Virus record (IMG/VR): IMGVR_UViG_3300042451_000960
DNA from: a virus
Lineage: Duplodnaviria; Caudoviricetes
DNA length: 64,000 bases
Reading direction: 5' to 3' (one strand)
Shown: piece after piece, positions 18,323 to 26,008 of the stretch
Numbering within the stretch: position 1 is the stretch's first letter
Layout: each line of letters starts with the position of its first letter
Position numbers and translations under genes: made by a program
Notes under the pieces: model-generated
The model's input: the letters and a program-made list of their open reading frames with translations, nothing else
Told to the model about the DNA's origin: nothing
Databases searched by the model: none

Positions 18323-20839
18323 TTAAAATGAAAAGAATTTTTCAGCGGTTTTAGCTGCGGAAAGTACCTCTCCCCATCCTAATGCTCCATAAAAATCCTC
18401 TAATTTCTTTAATAACTCCCTTTCAAAGATTTTGTCATAATCAATATATTGAGTTACCAACTCCATAATCTCAGGTGAATCATTATATCCTTTAAATGCC
18501 AATCCCTCTAATCCGTATGGGTTTTGTTTTAGATATACCCATTTAACTTTATCACCATCTCTCATTGGTTCGTATTTAGATGGAGATTTAAAGTGAACTA
18601 ATAATTGATTATGTGCAATTGCTGCTTTAACGTGCGCCGGAGTTGCTGATGCAAATTGGAACATTGCCGTTGGTTTCTTAGGCATGTACTTAGATAATTC
18701 CTTTACAGCCGAATTCTTAGCTATTGAAGTTACATCCATATTAACCAAATCTTTTTTGAATGCCTGAATCTTATCAGTCAAAATATCTTCAGTATCACCT
18801 TTTAGAATTTGAATAAGAACTTCACCCATAAATTTACGGAACTCGGCCGGATACGATGAACGTACTACGTCCAATCCTTTCACATCCAATCTATCCATCG
18901 GAATACCATTCTCAGCCACAATCCATTGTGCGTATCTTTTCTTAGCAATCCAAATACCACTTCTACTAACAAACTCTTTTTTAATTTGGAAACGATGTTT
19001 TTCTTTTGCTACGTTGAATATTTTTTCAGCCAATACATCATAAAAGTTATTTAAGAAATCCTGCGTTTCACCAGCTATACCATCCACTAATTGTGCAATC
19101 TCACTATCTTCTCTTTGTTTCCAATCAGGAAATCTAAAATCTAAGATAGGAACTGCTGAAAAGAATACGGAATCAGTATCAATATAAATGTTATAATCAC
19201 CGCCTTTAGTTCCCAACTCTTTGTTGTATTTAATGTTAGCCATATCCGCAGTTGATTTAATTACGGTCTGACCTGTTAGTGTTACCGCCTCAGCGTTATC
19301 CACATCATAGAAACGGAAAGCAGGTAATCCTAATACTCCATAAAGAGAGTTCAATAGAATCTTTTGTACCAGCTGTCTTTTCTTATAAAATGCGTATTTT
19401 TCTTTATCACCAGCTTCACCAAACTTCTTCTCCAACTTACGGAATTCAACCCTTTGGTCAAACCATAAATTAAGAATATCAGGGATACAACCCGGCTTAT
19501 CAGTTTTATATAGGACACCATTTGATGCTACCGAACACTTAGCTTCTTCAAATAGTTTCTTTAAGTTTTCTTTTGTAATCTGCCTATCACCAATTGTGTA
19601 CATATCAACTTCACCTTTCATAAACTTTTGTGCATCCCAATCATTAATCTTACCAATCTTAGTTTCAGGACTGATGTTTACAGTCATAATGATTGATGGG
19701 TAAAGTGAAGTTAAATCCAAGTCATATATCCATTCGTATTTACCAACGATAGGTGCTTTAACATATGCTCCAATAAACTTCTCTTCGTGATTCTCACGGA
19801 TTGCTTCCATACGTTCTTGTCTATCCGCAGGTTTGTTTGGTGCTACAATATTCTTTCTTTTAAGGTAAGTAAGCATCGCACCCTCTAAGTATTTAGATGA
19901 GTAAACGAAATCTTCATACGGAACATGTCCAGCGTGGCATATACCTCTACACAAATCAATGAATTGTAATTTTCTATCCAATGATACTACGAGGTCAACG
20001 TCAATTAAGTTATACTCAATAAACTTTTCAATATCATTCTTAAACAATTCATCTAAGTTACCTTTATATTCAACCTTACCACGTTTAAGTTCTTTCATAG
20101 CGATAGAATCTAAACGATAGTTATCCAATTCTGAATAAGTGTATGTACGATATAATTGTAAGTAGTCCAAATACGATACACCTGCCATAAAGAATCTCTT
20201 ACGATATGGTGACCAGAAACATTCTCCGATTGGTGATAGCCTATTAGCGTGTTTAGCACCCAATAATCGTTTAATACGATTGTATAAGTAAGGAGTATCA
20301 AAATAATCAATGTTCCACCCAGTAACAATACTTGGATTTATCATTTCATACAAATCCAAATACTTTAAAATCATATCCCTTTCATCTCTAAATGGAATTA
20401 CAGTTCTATTACCGGTATTACTTTCTTTCATCTTACCAGCCTTATCCATAATAAGAACCCAATAATGGTCAGTAGCAGAATCGTGCAAACCTATCGCTGT
20501 AAGTTCGTTCTCTGCTTTTTCCATATCAGGCAAACCCGTTTCCATTTCAACCTCAATATCGTATGTAAGCGTAACATGCCCTTCCGATGGAATATCGGAA
20601 TCGGTATAGGTATCAACTAAAACACGTGTGGTTTCAGGAACATCAGATTCAAATAATTCAGGATCATCTTTTTTGAATTTCCATATTTTAGTTAGCCTAT
20701 CACCATAAAGAGAAACATATTCACCTCTATCAGCTTTCTCATAAGCATATCTACTATATGGGAAAGTGCGGTATCCCAATTTATCATCCCAAATGTGCAC
20801 TAAATTCTTTTCTCTTTGATAATAACAATTTTGATACAT
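18323..20839 (-). CDS. DNA polymerase family B (T4 gp43-like)
   Basis: Exonuclease DIE and GWNIDYFD; polymerase DLTSLYPS, KILLNSLYG, YIDTDS and KKRYA. Confidence 0.97.
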   Translation of the reverse strand: MYQNCYYQREKNLVHIWDDKLGYRTFPYSRYAYEKADRGEYVSLYGDRLTKIWKFKKDDPELFESDVPETTRVLVDTYTDSDIPSEGHVTLTYDIEVEMETGLPDMEKAENELTAIGLHDSATDHYWVLIMDKAGKMKESNTGNRTVIPFRDERDMILKYLDLYEMINPSIVTGWNIDYFDTPYLYNRIKRLLGAKHANRLSPIGECFWSPYRKRFFMAGVSYLDYLQLYRTYTYSELDNYRLDSIAMKELKRGKVEYKGNLDELFKNDIEKFIEYNLIDVDLVVSLDRKLQFIDLCRGICHAGHVPYEDFVYSSKYLEGAMLTYLKRKNIVAPNKPADRQERMEAIRENHEEKFIGAYVKAPIVGKYEWIYDLDLTSLYPSIIMTVNISPETKIGKINDWDAQKFMKGEVDMYTIGDRQITKENLKKLFEEAKCSVASNGVLYKTDKPGCIPDILNLWFDQRVEFRKLEKKFGEAGDKEKYAFYKKRQLVQKILLNSLYGVLGLPAFRFYDVDNAEAVTLTGQTVIKSTADMANIKYNKELGTKGGDYNIYIDTDSVFFSAVPILDFRFPDWKQREDSEIAQLVDGIAGETQDFLNNFYDVLAEKIFNVAKEKHRFQIKKEFVSRSGIWIAKKRYAQWIVAENGIPMDRLDVKGLDVVRSSYPAEFRKFMGEVLIQILKGDTEDILTDKIQAFKKDLVNMDVTSIAKNSAVKELSKYMPKKPTAMFQFASATPAHVKAAIAHNQLLVHFKSPSKYEPMRDGDKVKWVYLKQNPYGLEGLAFKGYNDSPEIMELVTQYIDYDKIFERELLKKLEDFYGALGWGEVLSAAKTAEKFFSF

Positions 20840-21955
20840 CTATTCTTTTAATTTTTTATGTAATTCAATAAGCATCTTTCCTTCATTTTCTGAAAGTTCT
20901 AATGCTCTTTCAATACTTTTTTGTTCTCTTTCTTTTCTATAAGTATCGTCATCCAATATCTTGTCTAATAGTTCAAATAGGTCTTTTTTAAATTTAAAGA
21001 ACAATCCGTTTGGTTCTATTTCCTGATAACATAGTGATTCTTGATATATCATTGGTGTACCATTCATCAAGCAATCCGTTGCCGATACACTCCAACCATA
21101 ATTTGTTTGCCTCATTTGAATACCAACTTTACATTGTTGTAATCTACCATAATATTCATGCTTTGGAAGTTTAGTAGCATCAATCCAATTATGTTCCGGT
21201 GTTCCTTTTAATTGAGGCACCCATACACTAAAATCTTGTCTACGTTCCCTATATTCTTCCATCAATTTAATGAAAGCGGGATAACCTTTATAAGCTGCTG
21301 CTCTATGATTGAATACTATAATATTTCGTTTTTCTTCCGATGCTGATTCTATTACATTTTGTTTTGGTAAACCTAAGTTCCATACCACTAAAATATCATC
21401 TAGCTTTTTAACAAACTCATCATTGAACCAAATCTTAGCTTCTTCTAATACTCTATTCTTTTGGTCTTGTGTATTAAGGTAGCAAGTTTCCATTTGAGAT
21501 ATACCTAATAATTCAATTGGCATCCATCTCCATTTATTTTTTCTATCTTCCGCATTGCAGGATTTCATTTCCCACCAATGGCAATATCCAATTATTTTAG
21601 TATCAAATGAATTCTTATATCTTCCAACTTGAGGCCAATCAGGCAAATGTGAATAGATAACATCATACTCTAATGTTTCTAACAGCTTATTGAAATCCGG
21701 CGGATAGGTACGCATTTTAATCATATCACCAGAGAAGGGTAAGATATGCTGCTTTACATTTAGTAAATTCAATTTCTTAACCGGCTCGGGTAGTATAATA
21801 TTCCAAAAGTATTCTCCGTGTTGCTCTAAACCTTTTATATGGTTATAGATAACATCAACGAATGAATCCTTTTCTATATTAGCGGAATTGGTGATATTAG
21901 GTATCACCAAAACACGCCTTGCTTCTTTACTTAATTGCCCTTCCCAAAAATTCAT
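20840..21955 (-). CDS. GT-B glycosyltransferase, candidate DNA-modifying enzyme
   Basis: DVIYSHLP, VFNHR..YKG and WSVSATDCLMNGTPMI. Its stop (TAG) directly abuts the polB ATG. Confidence 0.65.
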   Translation of the reverse strand: MNFWEGQLSKEARRVLVIPNITNSANIEKDSFVDVIYNHIKGLEQHGEYFWNIILPEPVKKLNLLNVKQHILPFSGDMIKMRTYPPDFNKLLETLEYDVIYSHLPDWPQVGRYKNSFDTKIIGYCHWWEMKSCNAEDRKNKWRWMPIELLGISQMETCYLNTQDQKNRVLEEAKIWFNDEFVKKLDDILVVWNLGLPKQNVIESASEEKRNIIVFNHRAAAYKGYPAFIKLMEEYRERRQDFSVWVPQLKGTPEHNWIDATKLPKHEYYGRLQQCKVGIQMRQTNYGWSVSATDCLMNGTPMIYQESLCYQEIEPNGLFFKFKKDLFELLDKILDDDTYRKEREQKSIERALELSENEGKMLIELHKKLKE

Positions 21956-23232
21956 TAATCTAATTGATTTGTAATTGTTGTTTGCATTTCAATAATTTGA
22001 AATGTATATTTAAGTGGATGTAAGAAATATTTTAATTTTGCAATTGCATCCGGTTGATAATCTTGCTTCCACTTATCTTCAGCAGCTGGTCCGTTGTGAT
22101 GAACCAATATAACCAACTTTGATTTTGTCTTTTCTCTACTTTTTGTTTTCTTATCAATTTCAGTTTCACTAAATATATGATTAAAAATATTATCCCACTT
22201 AAACATTGCTGATGATAAAGCTATACACATTGTATCTTTATCTTTAGTACTATCTTTTTTTGCTTCCAAAGCTTTCTTACCAGACCCAGTTGTATAATCA
22301 ATCCACAATTGATTGGCCTTCTTTAAATCATCTTTATCTATTTCTTTCTGAGCTTCTAAAAGAATTGATTTTATTTGTTTATTTGTAAACTTCATTTCTT
22401 TAAGAAACTCTTTGTTAGATGAATCATTTACTGGTACTCCTTTTAAGTGTTGAGTTTGGATATATTTTATCATATCCAACTTACTAGCACGTTGCTTTAC
22501 TACATCAGAAGGTCTATTTAAAAGATTACCAACTGCTATTAATTCCTCATTTGTATATTCATTATGTACATCTTCAGGAATTACAGCAACAATAACATCT
22601 CTACCATGCTTTGATTTAAGAATACCAGCAACTGTATGGTTTCCATCAATAATAACATTATTACCAGCTTGTCTAGCTTTAGCTACAACCACTGGGTTAC
22701 ATTTATCAGTATTTCCACCCGCATCATCAATCTTTTCTGAAATTTCTCTTACATGCTCAGGATTTTCTAAAAACCTTACCTGTAACTTAAAGTACTTACT
22801 TACTTCTTCTATTGATTCTTTTGTATCCAATGTAAATTCGCCATTTTCAATTCTTGCAACTAACTCCTTAACTTTATCCACATCAATTGGTTTATACTTT
22901 GGAGCTCCATTTGTTAAATTGAAATACATAGGATTGTTTTTAGCATCAGCTTCAGAAAGTATTTTGTGTTCCGACACAGTCATTTGATTATAATCACCAT
23001 ATTCTAAAATTTCAAATTTAAGATTAGAATCGGTATTAGATAATAGTTTATTAAACTCTTTATTTTGTGATGAATGCCAATAACCATCACCAACATATCC
23101 TTTATGGACACCAACATATACTCTATTGGTATCCATATCGGTAAAACGATATAAATATCCCTCATATGTAGTGGGCATATTTCCTAACTGAACATCTTTA
23201 ACTGATTCCGGTTTATTTGCAAATAAATTCAT
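21955..23232 (-). CDS. GIY-YIG (Seg-like) nuclease domain fused to a ParB/Srx-like domain
   Basis: N-terminal YLYRFTDMDTNRVYVGVH...ILEY...YFNL; central PVVV...IIDGNHT. Confidence 0.6.
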   Translation of the reverse strand: MNLFANKPESVKDVQLGNMPTTYEGYLYRFTDMDTNRVYVGVHKGYVGDGYWHSSQNKEFNKLLSNTDSNLKFEILEYGDYNQMTVSEHKILSEADAKNNPMYFNLTNGAPKYKPIDVDKVKELVARIENGEFTLDTKESIEEVSKYFKLQVRFLENPEHVREISEKIDDAGGNTDKCNPVVVAKARQAGNNVIIDGNHTVAGILKSKHGRDVIVAVIPEDVHNEYTNEELIAVGNLLNRPSDVVKQRASKLDMIKYIQTQHLKGVPVNDSSNKEFLKEMKFTNKQIKSILLEAQKEIDKDDLKKANQLWIDYTTGSGKKALEAKKDSTKDKDTMCIALSSAMFKWDNIFNHIFSETEIDKKTKSREKTKSKLVILVHHNGPAAEDKWKQDYQPDAIAKLKYFLHPLKYTFQIIEMQTTITNQLD

Positions 23233-23268
23233 TCTTTTATGTTTTATGATTTTAAAAATTTTACTATG

Positions 23269-23300
23269 TAAAGATACGAAAAATCCCCCAATTTGCCAAA
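23269..23300 (-). promoter_or_regulatory. Bacteroidetes-type promoter (TTTG-N20-TATCTTTA)
   Basis: Consensus on the minus strand upstream of the GIY-YIG/ParB-GT-polB genes. Confidence 0.65.
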
Positions 23301-23313
23301 TAAATTAGGGGAT
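23279..23313 (-). terminator. Intrinsic terminator after the Mom-like gene
   Basis: 12-bp stem AUCCCCUAAUUU/AAAUUGGGGGAU (one G-U pair) followed by a U-run. Confidence 0.6.
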
Positions 23314-23348
23314 AATTTATAATCAATTGATTATCAATGAGTTACATA

Positions 23349-24149
23349 TTACCAATAGTTTTCAGCCCCTTCAGGTGCTACATAATTCGTTTCATGTCTT
23401 ACCACTTCGGTGTTAAAATCGGTAGCACTTTTTGGATATGATTTGATGGGATGTTTGAGTGCCTTCATCATAGCCTTTCTTTCTTTCTTATCTTGTGGAA
23501 GTAATTGTACATATCGGTGCTTTGGTGGCTCCATTCTTCTCCAAAAGTATTGATAACCTTCTTTACCAATTTCATTTTTTAAATGCTCTAAGTTACCACT
23601 ACCCCATTTACTGAATACAGTTCTACTATGAATCCATTTGTAAGGATTTTCTTGCAAAGATATACCCCAATTTGGCATTAATGCAATATCAGATGAAATA
23701 CCCTGATATATCCAATTGGTAGCTTGATAAATTGCTCCTAAGTGTTGTTGTCCTGCATCAGCATAAGATAGTAACAACTTAATATTTTTATCATTTTCTT
23801 TAATCCACTTAAACGATTGTGATATTGCATATGATTCAATATTAGAACCATAACCATCATCACAATACAAACGGGTCAATTCTAAAATGTTATCTTTAGT
23901 CAATCCTTCACAAACAGATGTTGCTGCTTTTGCTCCAACAGGGAATCCGTAAATAATACAACCTATAAGTTTATCACCATCAAAGGTCATAGCATCTTCT
24001 GATTTATAATAGATACCTAATGCATAACGGCAAGATGTCCAAGCGTGAGTATAGTGTCTCTGAACAATAATATCTTTTGCGATATTTTTAGCTATTGGTG
24101 CGATGTACACTTTACTTACATCACAATATTGTTTACCTTCTACTTTCAT
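23349..24149 (-). CDS. mom: Mom-like adenine-modification acyltransferase (paralog 2)
   Basis: HY...LIGCIIYGFP...LELTRL...NIESYAISQS...SYADAGQQHLGAIYQATNWIYQG, the Mu Mom family signature. Confidence 0.8.
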   Translation of the reverse strand: MKVEGKQYCDVSKVYIAPIAKNIAKDIIVQRHYTHAWTSCRYALGIYYKSEDAMTFDGDKLIGCIIYGFPVGAKAATSVCEGLTKDNILELTRLYCDDGYGSNIESYAISQSFKWIKENDKNIKLLLSYADAGQQHLGAIYQATNWIYQGISSDIALMPNWGISLQENPYKWIHSRTVFSKWGSGNLEHLKNEIGKEGYQYFWRRMEPPKHRYVQLLPQDKKERKAMMKALKHPIKSYPKSATDFNTEVVRHETNYVAPEGAENYW

Positions 24150-24313
24150 TACCAGAATTTCTTTTTATCTTTTTTAGGTGGATTGGTTTCCAATTCCTTT
24201 TTTAATTTCTTTTTTTCAGCCGGCGTTAGGTTTGTCATCTTCTGCCATTCTTCCAACTTTTCCCAACTATCAATTATATAATAACCTTCCTTATCCTTTG
24301 TTAGCTTTGCCAT
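24149..24313 (-). CDS. Small basic hypothetical protein (54 aa)
   Basis: Not in the ORF track. MAKLTKDKEGYY...PPKKDKKKFW; its stop overlaps the Mom ATG and its start overlaps the upstream ORF end. Confidence 0.6.
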   Translation of the reverse strand: MAKLTKDKEGYYIIDSWEKLEEWQKMTNLTPAEKKKLKKELETNPPKKDKKKFW

Positions 24314-24539
24314 TTGCTAATGCTTTTTCCAATGTTGATTGTTTCTTTTCCAACTTTGCCAACTTTGCTCTTTGCTTCATTTGTTTATCATAGCCGGCTG
24401 GATATTTGTTTGTTACTTCAATAGGTCCATTTGGAAATTTCTTTAAATCATATTTCCAAACTGATTCAACCCCATCATCATCTTTATATACGTGTTCAAA
24501 CTTTGTGGGTTTTTCTATTGGTCCTTTAGATACTGCCAT
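24291..24539 (-). CDS. Hypothetical protein (82 aa)
   Basis: ORF directly downstream of a consensus promoter. Confidence 0.6.
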   Translation of the reverse strand: MAVSKGPIEKPTKFEHVYKDDDGVESVWKYDLKKFPNGPIEVTNKYPAGYDKQMKQRAKLAKLEKKQSTLEKALANGKANKG

Positions 24540-24553
24540 ATCATAAATTTATA

Positions 24554-24585
24554 CAAATATACGAAATTATTCTGAAACTACCAAA
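24554..24585 (-). promoter_or_regulatory. Bacteroidetes-type promoter (TTTG-N20-TATATTTG)
   Basis: Exact consensus on the minus strand. Confidence 0.7.
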
Positions 24586-25340
24586 TCTATCGGGTCCATT
24601 CTATGAACTTCATCAATAATATCCAACTCTACCTTTGGATACGGAAAGACCTCATGTTTAAGTGATTTTAAGAGGGCTTTACGCTCCTTCTTATCTTTGG
24701 TTAGAATATACACATATCGGTGCTTACGGGGTTCTCTTTTAATCCAGAATGGGCTTGTAACCATTGTCTGAATTATCTTCGGGTCATTCGTTCCGTACTT
24801 CACATAAGATGTCCGAGAATGATGCCATTCATCATCTTCACTCCATTTGAAACTCCAACTATCTGACCATCTGATTTTATTACCCTGATATATCCAATTG
24901 GTAGCTTGATATACCGTTCCTAAGTGCCCAGCATTTGGGTCTGAATAAGATATAAGTGCTTTGATACGAGGTACATTAGTTCTTAACCATTCGAAAGTTT
25001 GTCCAACGAACCAACTTTCAATGTTACTACCATACCCATCGAATACGAATAGTCTTGTCAATTCTAATACACCATCTCTAGGAAGTAATTCGGAAATTGA
25101 TGCTCCGGCGTTTCTACCAACCGGGTCACCATAACAGGCAACTCCAACTAATTGTTCGTTTACACCACTAAAAAAATTATGTTCATCTTCGGATATATAA
25201 AACAAGCCAATAGCATAGGATACCTTTGTCCATATACCACTGTAATGGTTATTGACAATAATATCCTTTGCAATATTCTTATTGATTTCTCTTATTGAGA
25301 ATTTGGATATGTCACAATATTGTTTTCCTTCTACTTTCAT
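24567..25340 (-). CDS. mom: Mom-like adenine-modification acyltransferase (paralog 1)
   Basis: HYSG...GVACYGDP...LELTRLF...NIESWFVGQ...SYSDPNAGHLGTVYQATNWIYQG. Confidence 0.8.
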   Translation of the reverse strand: MKVEGKQYCDISKFSIREINKNIAKDIIVNNHYSGIWTKVSYAIGLFYISEDEHNFFSGVNEQLVGVACYGDPVGRNAGASISELLPRDGVLELTRLFVFDGYGSNIESWFVGQTFEWLRTNVPRIKALISYSDPNAGHLGTVYQATNWIYQGNKIRWSDSWSFKWSEDDEWHHSRTSYVKYGTNDPKIIQTMVTSPFWIKREPRKHRYVYILTKDKKERKALLKSLKHEVFPYPKVELDIIDEVHRMDPIDLVVSE

Positions 25341-25540
25341 ATACTACCAGACCAAAATTCATTTAGATGATTCCAAGTTTTACGTTGGATAATCTTCATT
25401 ACATTGGCTGGGGAAACTTTATTGTTTCTTGCAATCACCTTTACGTTTCGGTGACCCATATTCCATAATCTTCTGATGTTTAGAACTTGCTCATCTGTCA
25501 GTTTAGCGGCAGGATGAGTTTGCCCTCTTAAAATAGCCAT
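25337..25540 (-). CDS. Stand-alone HTH protein resembling the DNA-binding tail of HNH homing endonucleases
   Basis: G.THPAAKLTDEQV..IR...IA....VS...V..I...KTW pattern. Confidence 0.6.
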   Translation of the reverse strand: MAILRGQTHPAAKLTDEQVLNIRRLWNMGHRNVKVIARNNKVSPANVMKIIQRKTWNHLNEFWSGSI

Positions 25541-25560
25541 GTAACCTTTATTAATATTTT

Positions 25561-25827
25561 TTATCCTATTGCTTCATTGATAGCGTTTTTATAAGCTACC
25601 TTTGAAGTTAATCCTTGAAATCTTTCAACAACAACACCATCCTTTTCAACAATAACTAATGGAATTGAAGTTACATTATATTGTTGTGCTTCATTTGGAG
25701 AATTATCTACGTCATATTCAATGAAAGTTGCCTTACCATTAAATTCTTCTTTTAATTGTTCCAAAACAGGTTTTAGCATTCTGCATGGTCCACACCATTC
25801 TGCTCCAAATTTTTTAATCGTTACCAT
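25561..25827 (-). CDS. Thioredoxin
   Basis: WCGPC active site and cis-Pro motif SIP. Confidence 0.95.
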   Translation of the reverse strand: MVTIKKFGAEWCGPCRMLKPVLEQLKEEFNGKATFIEYDVDNSPNEAQQYNVTSIPLVIVEKDGVVVERFQGLTSKVAYKNAINEAIG

Positions 25828-26008
25828 CGTTTATTGTTTTATATTGTTTTTCTAATTCTATATTTCCTTTTATGTGTTTAGGTTCGTAAGGACAGTGTCT
25901 ACACCCATTACCACAACAATAGCCACGCTCTATGTGGTATTCAGGTGTAAACACTATCCTACTACCTTCAAAGTAATACAGCTCCTCTCTTTCTTTATTT
26001 AACTTCAC
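25814..26008 (-). CDS. Small Cys-rich protein (DUF5522-like)
   Basis: YY...IVFTPEYHIERGYCCGNGCRHCPY. Likely GTG start at 26008, overlapping the RNR stop. Confidence 0.65.
   Translation of the reverse strand: MKLNKEREELYYFEGSRIVFTPEYHIERGYCCGNGCRHCPYEPKHIKGNIELEKQYKTINDGND

Noticed and set aside
21955-23232. Calling the GIY-YIG gene a mobile intron or homing element
   Set aside because: It interrupts no gene, no intron structure was seen, and it carries an atypical ParB-like domain.
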